Virus record (IMG/VR): IMGVR_UViG_3300033074_001867
Source: an uncultured virus (IMG/VR IMGVR_UViG_3300033074_001867)
Lineage: Duplodnaviria; Heunggongvirae; Uroviricota; Caudoviricetes
Direction: 5' to 3' (one strand)
Length of the DNA stretch: 64,000 nucleotides
Shown: positions 56,860-64,000 of the stretch, piece by piece
Layout: every line of letters starts with the position of its first letter
Numbering within the stretch: the first letter of the stretch is position 1
Made by a program: the position numbers and the translations under genes
Notes under the pieces: generated by a model
Told to the model about the DNA's origin: nothing
What the model saw: only the letters and a program-made list of their open reading frames with translations
The model's database searches: none

Positions 56860-57968
56860 TGAGTGCACAGACAGAGATACGGGATAGGATATTAGGTGAT
56901 CTGAAGGATGATAAGATCCTGCAGAATGTCACCTTAGAACGGTTATGGTATTACTTTGAACTGATCGGTGATATTACCGGTGGTGGAGGAAGTGGCTTTA
57001 CGTATGGTGCAGGTGAACCAAGTGGAGGTGCAGATGGGGATTATTATATCCGGACCGATGCAACTCAAATTTGGTATAACAACGGTGGTACATGGGAAGT
57101 GACATTATCACTTACTCCTTTGCAGATTACAGGAGATCAGTTTGCTGCTTTGATTGCTACTCCTGCTGATATTATTCAAGGCCAGGTGTATCGTGTGGTT
57201 CCTGATGGTGGGGATGCGTTTGCCCTTCCGCTTAGTATTGGTGATATGTATATTACCGGTGGCAATGGAGTCTTTTTGGCGGGAGCCTTAGCAAATGTTA
57301 CTCTTACAGGTAGATATGAGTTTGTAACTTATTATACTTCTGACAATACTGTTTTTCAGAATAGTATTTCAACTCTTACTGTTGATCTTGCGCAAGCCTA
57401 TTTTTCGGGGAGTGATATTCAGAATTCCTCTGTGATTGTCAATACAGATTATGTTATTATCAGCGGGATTACACCTGTGCTTCCAGCAGGAATATCAAGA
57501 ATAAAAGGAAAAGCGGTGCTTGACCCATCGGGTAATGTGGTGTGGGATAAAGGGAATTGTGAGGCGTGGGTTACTGCTTTAGGGTTGTATCTCCCTTGTA
57601 CGTATGATGTGGCAACGAATAAAGTTTTCTGCAAGTACATCGCATGGGCAGGTAATATTTCGCAGACAGGGGGAGGCGATGCTGTAATAGATTTAACATT
57701 TGTTAATCTGCTTGGTGAAACACCTGTATTTGATGCGTCAGCAGTAGGAGTATTAGACATTCTAACTACTACATGGAATTGGACTAATCATAGAGTAATT
57801 ATGTATTCTCCACACTATTTTGATGGTACTAATCTATGGGCTCCGACAATGAATTTTGGTACTGCTACCCAACTACAAATGTTCATGGTAAAGAATAACG
57901 GAGATTTAGCAGACGACATCTACAACAATCAATACATCGAACTATCAGTAATCATTTCTAATCTATAA
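56859..57968 (+). CDS. tail fibre-associated protein
   Basis: GAGEPSGGADGDYYI...W motif; beta-rich. Confidence 0.6.
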   Translation: MSAQTEIRDRILGDLKDDKILQNVTLERLWYYFELIGDITGGGGSGFTYGAGEPSGGADGDYYIRTDATQIWYNNGGTWEVTLSLTPLQITGDQFAALIATPADIIQGQVYRVVPDGGDAFALPLSIGDMYITGGNGVFLAGALANVTLTGRYEFVTYYTSDNTVFQNSISTLTVDLAQAYFSGSDIQNSSVIVNTDYVIISGITPVLPAGISRIKGKAVLDPSGNVVWDKGNCEAWVTALGLYLPCTYDVATNKVFCKYIAWAGNISQTGGGDAVIDLTFVNLLGETPVFDASAVGVLDILTTTWNWTNHRVIMYSPHYFDGTNLWAPTMNFGTATQLQMFMVKNNGDLADDIYNNQYIELSVIISNL

Positions 57969-57981
57969 CAACAAAAACAAA

Positions 57982-58206
57982 ATGGCACAATTCACCGCTG
58001 ACATCGCAGCCTATTATTTATCAGATGAAAACCGTTTCAATGTTGCTGCGGCTCACGCTTTAGTAACAGGAAATTCAAACGCCTACAACTCATTATTGAA
58101 AGCAGTTTCAGAACTTGAAACAACGCTAACAGAGGCAGACCAAATCTCTGACCTTGCTTATTGGGCGATGAAAGATGAAATTAATTCATTAACACTACCT
58201 GAGTAA
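57982..58206 (+). CDS. hypothetical protein
   Basis: ATG ORF. Confidence 0.6.
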   Translation: MAQFTADIAAYYLSDENRFNVAAAHALVTGNSNAYNSLLKAVSELETTLTEADQISDLAYWAMKDEINSLTLPE

Positions 58207-58397
58207 TTTGAAAAACCTATCAACACTACGCTTGCTATTAATCTGCGCTATTGGTGCAATAGTAGTAAGTGTAGTACTGATGCTAACAAACTAAAACATG
58301 GAAAAGTCTAAACCATCAACACTATCTATATTTTTAGTAGTGGCGTTGTTTTGGGGGATTCTTTTCTATATGATATTTCACAGTTAAAAACTAACAC

Positions 58398-59249
58398 ATG
58401 GCAAAAAAAGCAATAGCATTATCAAAAGCAGTTCCATTAAATACCGTAAAAGCAGTATCAGTTAACAACGGTATGAGTGGATGGTACAATAATACCCTGA
58501 AACCATTGTTATCATCTAACTACGGTAAAGCTGATTTGGATTGGATGATTAAAAACAAACAAAATCCTACGGGATGGGATTTGAATACTTTTTATGACAA
58601 TGGTTCTTTGCTCGGTAATTCTAAATTCCCGCAGTGTGTCCTCAATGCTTACAATGCAAAGATAAAAGTCGGTATTCCTTTTTCTGCTGACTCAGAGGTG
58701 AATCAGGCTATCAACTACAACAGAGCGCAAACCGATTCACGCAAACGTATTTCACACATTGTTTCTGAAATTGAAGACTACGGAAACGGAAATGCCACCC
58801 CTGCTGAATTTAAAACGCTAATGGAGAATAACTACATCAAGGCAAAAGGTGCGGGGATTCGATTTGGTTGTTATAACGGCTGGACAAAACAGTGGGATAT
58901 GGTAGTAAAAAATACCGACTTCTTATTACTTCATTGCTATATTCCGTCTGCTAATATGAGTAGCGGTAAAAAATTGTATGACTATCTATGTGGAAGTTCA
59001 AATACTGACCGATTACCAAAGATTGCTACAGCAGCAAAAGCATTGGGTAAAATTTATCCGGTATCAATTATCTATTCATCAGAAGCGGCCTACGGACAGA
59101 CATTCTTTAAAACAAACGCATGGACAAAAGCACATGAATTGTTTTTGGAATACTATGCAACAAAAGCTACTGCTAACATGAAGTCAAATATCATTATTGA
59201 CGGATGTTATCAGTTCGTAACAAAAACAGGAAAAGTATCAAAACCATAA
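58398..59249 (+). CDS. stand-alone glycoside-hydrolase-like TIM-barrel protein
   Basis: NYN......RI..I..E.E.Y motif shared with the N-terminus of the 51134 product. Confidence 0.5.
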   Translation: MAKKAIALSKAVPLNTVKAVSVNNGMSGWYNNTLKPLLSSNYGKADLDWMIKNKQNPTGWDLNTFYDNGSLLGNSKFPQCVLNAYNAKIKVGIPFSADSEVNQAINYNRAQTDSRKRISHIVSEIEDYGNGNATPAEFKTLMENNYIKAKGAGIRFGCYNGWTKQWDMVVKNTDFLLLHCYIPSANMSSGKKLYDYLCGSSNTDRLPKIATAAKALGKIYPVSIIYSSEAAYGQTFFKTNAWTKAHELFLEYYATKATANMKSNIIIDGCYQFVTKTGKVSKP

Positions 59250-59254
59250 ATAAA

Positions 59255-59500
59255 ATGGCAACAAGTTATTATAAGAAAATAAGCACCTCTCCTGCTGTAT
59301 CGATCTATTACAAGGAGACAGAATCCAAGATCATTGAGATCACGTTTTCTGAGAACACATGCACTTCTAAGATCGTAGAGGAAAAGCAGCCAAGTACGGT
59401 ATCTGCAACAGTGTGTGAATTTGAAAGGGCGGTAGTTGCGGTGAATCAGTTTTCCATTAATGGAGAGGAGCCGGCTGAAGATATTTATCCGAAGTCTTGA
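59255..59500 (+). CDS. hypothetical protein (start ATG 59255)
   Basis: ATG after the upstream stop with A-rich leader. Confidence 0.6.
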   Translation: MATSYYKKISTSPAVSIYYKETESKIIEITFSENTCTSKIVEEKQPSTVSATVCEFERAVVAVNQFSINGEEPAEDIYPKS

Positions 59501-59928
59501 TTACAGCAAAGAAGATATCTTTTTTATCGCTACTGACCTTTGTTGGTGGAAGTGCGGTAAGTATCTATGCTTTCAGGCACTGGCATGTGCTTCCTGCAGA
59601 AATGCGGGGAGAGTTTGCCAGAAACACCAGAAGCATCTATTTGTTGCTGTTCATTGTTTCCTACTGGTTATTAACAATTGCCTATGTTAAAAAAGAAGAT
59701 ACTATTGTATCTTTTGCGATGAAAATCATTGCATTTGATGTAGTATTTTTAGCAGTATACAATGTGTATGACTGTTATAGCGGTTCCTGGGGAACGATCT
59801 CTGCTTCGGAACATTTGTTTTTAACAGTAGTAATCGTTGTGAATACTATCCGGATTTCTTTATATAAATACCATACCAAGGATCTGTATGAAGGATTTAA
59901 AAAGAAGATAAGAGAAATGATCAAATGA
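59497..59928 (+). CDS. four-TM membrane protein
   Basis: four hydrophobic segments. Confidence 0.65.
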   Translation: MITAKKISFLSLLTFVGGSAVSIYAFRHWHVLPAEMRGEFARNTRSIYLLLFIVSYWLLTIAYVKKEDTIVSFAMKIIAFDVVFLAVYNVYDCYSGSWGTISASEHLFLTVVIVVNTIRISLYKYHTKDLYEGFKKKIREMIK

Positions 59929-60242
59929 CCCACATTTGCCAGTTCATAGTACCAACACTAAAAAAAACAGTAATTATGAATCAATTAGAACAAATAGACT
60001 ATAAAGACATGAACGCTACAGAAGCATTCGCATTTACAACCATTTGTACTGTCTTGAGTGTCATATCAGCATCTTATCTGAAATCATTTTGTGTGGTATT
60101 GGATTACATTCTGATTGATTTTCTCTATGGGTGTGCAAAACTGGTACCCTTCTTCTCTCTGTATCTTGCTCACAGCGGGAAGATCAACCGGAATATAGCA
60201 AAAGTGTATAAGTGGGTAAAGAGAAAGGCCGGGATGAAATGA
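59925..60242 (+). CDS. membrane protein, holin candidate
   Basis: two hydrophobic segments, basic C-terminus. Confidence 0.5.
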   Translation: MTHICQFIVPTLKKTVIMNQLEQIDYKDMNATEAFAFTTICTVLSVISASYLKSFCVVLDYILIDFLYGCAKLVPFFSLYLAHSGKINRNIAKVYKWVKRKAGMK

Positions 60243-60487
60243 CAGAACACATCGGGAAACCGTCCATACAGAATTTCTTTAAGCCCCGTCCTAAAAAGAT
60301 GCGGGTAATCGGTGGCTGGATGCAATCTTTGGCAACTACCTCAGCAATTACTACTTTTATCACCGATGACAAAACCATCAGGATAATCGGTATCGTGCTC
60401 TGGTCGGTTGGTCAATTAGGTGATCTGATCACAAAACTATATTCCAAAGAAATTGAAGAGGATGAAAAAAATGATAATTTAAACTAA
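60239..60487 (+). CDS. small two-TM protein, holin candidate
   Basis: FFKPRPKKMR..G motif then two TM segments; ATGA overlap. Confidence 0.55.
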   Translation: MTEHIGKPSIQNFFKPRPKKMRVIGGWMQSLATTSAITTFITDDKTIRIIGIVLWSVGQLGDLITKLYSKEIEEDEKNDNLN

Positions 60488-60498
60488 ACAAAAACCAA

Positions 60499-60963
60499 AT
60501 GAAAAAACTCAAAAATTACTTGCTTGTTGCAGTACTTGCAACATTAACAACCTTCGCATTTGCGCAAGGTGATTCCATTGTGCCGGTAGATACTGCTACT
60601 GAAGTAGTGGCCGGAGATACAGGCGTAACAACTCCTACTTCTCCTGCTCTGCCATCGATCACAAAAGACTTTACTGCTCTTAGTTTGCCGGTATTGGCGT
60701 GGATCGGTATCGGATTCTTAGGGTACTTTATCACTCGTTTCCGGATTGCTTTTGCAGGAACAACTACTCCGTTTAACTTAGGGATTTGGTTCCAGCGAAA
60801 CTATATGAATGTGGCTTATATCATAATCGCATTGGTATGTATTCATGTATTTAAAATACCACTGTCCCCACTTGAAGGAATTGCTCTTGGAGCCTCACCG
60901 AATTTACTGATCGACTGGATCCAGAGAGAGATAAAAGCAACCGGTTTACCTAATCTCGGATAA
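60499..60963 (+). CDS. membrane protein with signal peptide
   Basis: signal peptide ending AFA-Q; further TM helices. Confidence 0.65.
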   Translation: MKKLKNYLLVAVLATLTTFAFAQGDSIVPVDTATEVVAGDTGVTTPTSPALPSITKDFTALSLPVLAWIGIGFLGYFITRFRIAFAGTTTPFNLGIWFQRNYMNVAYIIIALVCIHVFKIPLSPLEGIALGASPNLLIDWIQREIKATGLPNLG

Positions 60964-60965
60964 TC

Positions 60966-61268
60966 ATGACAGCAACCAAAAAGAAGATCGCTACTATTCC
61001 TGCACATCGAATTGATGTAGTGAAGGAAAAAGGAACACGGGTAAAAAATGGCTTTAATTATCAGGAAGTCATTGATGGTCCGAAAGGTCGTAATGTGATT
61101 CATAAAGGAGTCGGTTACGATGATTATACTCAGGCGTTACGTGCAGGGAAACGTGCCGCTGACCGACTGATGGATGATCTGAAAGTATACTTTAATGGGG
61201 TTTTGAAATACACTCCAAAAAGTGTTGCTGAACGATTTGAAAAATACCTTTCAAAGAAGAAAAAATAA
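60966..61268 (+). CDS. basic hypothetical protein
   Basis: ATG ORF before a terminator. Confidence 0.65.
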   Translation: MTATKKKIATIPAHRIDVVKEKGTRVKNGFNYQEVIDGPKGRNVIHKGVGYDDYTQALRAGKRAADRLMDDLKVYFNGVLKYTPKSVAERFEKYLSKKKK

Positions 61269-61294
61269 TTACCATGTTTTAAGGTTTATTACGG

Positions 61295-61329
61295 AAGCAC
61301 TGTATCTTAGTTGACACAGTGCTTTTTTT
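61295..61329 (+). terminator. intrinsic terminator
   Basis: AAGCACTGT...ACAGTGCTT followed by a T run. Confidence 0.7.
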
Positions 61330-61401
61330 ATTTCATTAATATATTTATTGGGACAATAGATTCTCATAACTGTTGCGTCAATATAGATGTTAGCGGTCAG
61401 G

Positions 61402-61689
61402 CTAAAACAACGAAGCAGCTAATTCGCAACCTGCATTATCATCGCTTACATCTAATCCCGCAAATGGTCTTTGGTAGTTAAGTCTGTGAACTTTTCTAAC
61501 ATCAGGTTGCTTAACATTTCGTGCTTCAATAAAAAGCGTTCCATTTTCATCTTTTACAAAATCACATTCAACATAATCATTGGCATCATAAGCCTGCTGT
61601 AATGTTTCAAATTTTGTAGTGTCAAAGAAATCATCAAATGTTCCTCTGCTTTTTTGTTTCCCAAATAGGTAAATTTTTTCGTAACTCAT
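61402..61689 (-). CDS. hypothetical protein (isolated, cassette-like)
   Basis: 95-aa ATG ORF opposite to the surrounding operon. Confidence 0.65.
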   Translation of the reverse strand: MSYEKIYLFGKQKSRGTFDDFFDTTKFETLQQAYDANDYVECDFVKDENGTLFIEARNVKQPDVRKVHRLNYQRPFAGLDVSDDNAGCELAASLF

Positions 61690-61944
61690 TTTTCTTATTA
61701 TTAAACTTTAGACTTCTAAAAGCGGAGAAGCCCGAACCGCTAATGCTACTTTTTTTTCGATTTTAATAATTTCACTTTTGAGCATAAAATGGGCAATTAT
61801 TACTATTGTTACTGTACTAAGTGTTACTGTTATCAAAGAAAACCAGAGAAGGAGTTTGTTGAGAGAAGAGCAAAGTTCTGTCTAAGAAATACGTTTCCGT
61901 ACCTCTTAGAACAGCTCATTGCAAAAAGAAAACCATGTCGGTCG

Positions 61945-62262
61945 CCCGCTTCGCTTCGAGATCAGGTCTTAATAATCTATCCTGACTGAGAAATTTTATC
62001 GCCGGATTATCGGCTATTGGCTTGGGTCATTTCTCTTTAGTTCTAACCCTGACGGTTGCCACGTCCCACAGTACCGTCTTTTTACTCAGGAACATGCTGC
62101 CAGCTTTCTGTAATCCAGACCACGTCCTGTTATGAACGGGAAATCCCAGCTAACCTTTCGGCGCCGGGACTTTTACAAATAACAAAAATCAGTTACCTGA
62201 CTCTATTAATTTTCTTTGTTAAAAAAACCTGATACTCTGATTTTTATTATTGTAATTCCCGT
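61945..62262 (-). ncRNA. candidate structured RNA or long leader
   Basis: starts just after TATCTTTG (62267-62274); three-way junction, GAAA-capped hairpin, further stems; no convincing ORF. Confidence 0.45.
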
Positions 62263-62318
62263 GCCACAAAGATACACACATAGATTTATTCCATGCAAAT
62301 ATTTTTTACATTTACTTC

Positions 62319-62906
62319 ATGGAAAACCGAATAAAGTGGGTAGTATGCGTAATTCTTGCAATAATCGCACTTTTTATTTTGAATAAATTTGCTGACAAAA
62401 AGGAAATTCCGGACCAAGTGACGGTAATTGTACAGGATTCAAGTAAATTCGAGGTGAGTAATCCTGCTCCCAAGATCACTATTCCGCCGGCCAATTATGA
62501 TTTTGGATGGATAAACCAGATGCAGTCAATCGATTCCTTAAAAATGGCATTGATACAGGCTATTACGGACGCTAAGACGGTGCGTGAATACGACAGCACT
62601 CATATAGCCAAAAACACTTCCGGCGATACCCTGGCAATCGCTACACTGAAACAAACAGTAACAGACAACCGTTTGAGTAAATACTCTTTGAACATAAAGA
62701 CTTTTAATAAAGAAACGACTATTCGGGAGCAGTTGAAGTGGGGGATTATGGGTGGCGTTCAGTTTCGAAAGGATTCTACTACTCACTTGGATCTGCAAGC
62801 CGATGTAATGCTGCCGAAAATGACTTTGAGTGGATTTAAAGAAATTGGGGGCAATGGCTTTGGAATGGGAATAAAATTACCAATCATAAAAAACTATGGC
62901 AAGTAG
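62319..62906 (+). CDS. membrane-anchored lysis-region protein (spanin-like)
   Basis: N-terminal TM, C-terminal amphipathic beta strands, adjacent to the endolysin. Confidence 0.5.
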   Translation: MENRIKWVVCVILAIIALFILNKFADKKEIPDQVTVIVQDSSKFEVSNPAPKITIPPANYDFGWINQMQSIDSLKMALIQAITDAKTVREYDSTHIAKNTSGDTLAIATLKQTVTDNRLSKYSLNIKTFNKETTIREQLKWGIMGGVQFRKDSTTHLDLQADVMLPKMTLSGFKEIGGNGFGMGIKLPIIKNYGK

Positions 62907-63324
62907 AAACATTGCAGACTGCGTACCTGAACTACAGGTAGCATGGACAGACTCTCAGGCGGAGTGGAAACAACTATTCCCTGATCAACCACAACCATTT
63001 TTAACATGCACGCACCGGCCCGATGAAGAGCAGGAAATTCTCTACATGATGAATAAGAACGGCAAGGATGATGATGGTGATGGAAAAATCGATGAAGGAG
63101 ATGAATGGAGAAGTAATGCCAAGCCCGGACAGAGCAAGCATAATAAGTTTCCTGCCCAGGCTCTTGATATTGCTTTTAAGAATTCGAAAGGTAAACTGGA
63201 TTGGTCAGAGAAGCTATTTGCCGGATTTGCTATTTTAATGAAGAAAAGAGGTATAAAGTGGGGTGGCGATTGGGTAAGTTTAAAAAAATCCAAAAAAAAT
63301 GACACTCCTCACTTTGAGGTTTGA
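62896..63324 (+). CDS. endolysin, M15-family peptidase
   Basis: R..EEQ..LY, NAKPGQSKHN....A.DI, WGGDW, DTPHFE. Confidence 0.9.
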   Translation: MASRNIADCVPELQVAWTDSQAEWKQLFPDQPQPFLTCTHRPDEEQEILYMMNKNGKDDDGDGKIDEGDEWRSNAKPGQSKHNKFPAQALDIAFKNSKGKLDWSEKLFAGFAILMKKRGIKWGGDWVSLKKSKKNDTPHFEV

Positions 63325-63342
63325 TATTTAGTATATTTGGGA

Positions 63343-63912
63343 GTGAATAAACGACCAGAAAACAGCCACCTTTATAGAAGATGTAGAATTTGCAAGGAAA
63401 CAAAACCTTTAAATAACATATTTTTTTATAATGAAAAAAGCAGACTGTATGGACTGTCTTATGTTTGCAGACCATGTGAGAGTATAAGGGGAAAAGAAAA
63501 GGCACTGAAGTATCCAAGAAAGAATCGAGTATATAATTTCAGTCCAGAACAGATAGAAAGAAGGCGAAAGCATGGTAGAAATTATAAGTTAAAGGCGCTT
63601 GGAATAATAAAGAAATATACGCTAATAGATCGTAAAAAAGGAGGTCGGCATGTTTGTGATTTAACAGAAGATTTTTTAAATCAAAACATATTGCCTTGTG
63701 CCTGTGTATACTGTGGAGATAGATGGAAAATAGGGTGTGATAGAATAGATAATTCTAGGGGACATTCTATGGACAATGTAGTTCCTTGTTGCAAATTATG
63801 TAATGTAACCAGGATGCATAATTATACTCACGAAGAAATGAAGTTATTAGGAAAAGTAATTATGCGTATAAAAAAGAAGCGCAAGAAAGACACTCCTCAT
63901 TTCGAAGTATAA
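63343..63912 (+). CDS. HNH-type endonuclease with N-terminal Zn ribbon
   Basis: CRIC...CRPC; CVYCG...G.DRIDNSRGH..DNVVPCC..CN; own TATATTTG box at 63332-63339. Confidence 0.85.
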   Translation: MNKRPENSHLYRRCRICKETKPLNNIFFYNEKSRLYGLSYVCRPCESIRGKEKALKYPRKNRVYNFSPEQIERRRKHGRNYKLKALGIIKKYTLIDRKKGGRHVCDLTEDFLNQNILPCACVYCGDRWKIGCDRIDNSRGHSMDNVVPCCKLCNVTRMHNYTHEEMKLLGKVIMRIKKKRKKDTPHFEV

Positions 63913-63914
63913 AT

Positions 63915-63972
63915 TTGTTAATAACTTTTTCGTATATTATCGTATGCTTTAGGACGCAGTGATGTATCTTTG
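63915..63972 (+). promoter_or_regulatory. Bacteroidota-type promoter with TGTTAATAA box and phased CG repeats
   Basis: TATCTTTG at 63965-63972; CG cores at 63931, 63941. Confidence 0.6.
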
Positions 63973-64000
63973 TAGAGTAACAAAAACAAAGAAGTATGTC

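Noticed and set aside
50508..57968. Diversity-generating retroelement or invertible tail-fibre locus
   Set aside because: No reverse transcriptase or recombinase, and no adenine-variable repeat pair was seen
12913..62900. Apparent excess of GATC and CCGG words in the right arm
   Set aside because: Impression only; needs k-mer counts against a codon-aware null

Overview
Part of a dsDNA tailed phage genome with crAss-like (podovirus-type) structural gene order, probably infecting Bacteroidota (repeated TAnnTTTG -7 promoter boxes, no Shine-Dalgarno sequences, SprB repeats). 1-12.7 kb: leftward cluster of small early/accessory genes. 12.9-20.9 kb: rightward accessory genes (dual-specificity phosphatase, XRE regulator, Tad1/Acb2-like sponge, YopX). 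20.9-61.3 kb: terminase, portal, scaffold, capsid, ring/muzzle tail proteins, three ejected cargo proteins, tail fibres and membrane proteins. 62.3-63.9 kb: spanin-like gene, M15 endolysin and HNH endonuclease. The most striking element is a reverse-oriented cassette inside the tail operon (38.3-39.8 kb). It pairs a coiled-coil protein gene with a ~351-nt structured RNA closed by a 16-bp stem, which contains a circularly permuted tRNA mimic and a 7-nt-periodic A-rich array. Also notable: eight covarying hairpin plus second-site elements at the start codons of early genes, two promoter-upstream boxes ~48 nt from the -7 box, and a second candidate structured RNA near 62.1 kb. All product calls come from motif recognition by eye; no database searches were run.
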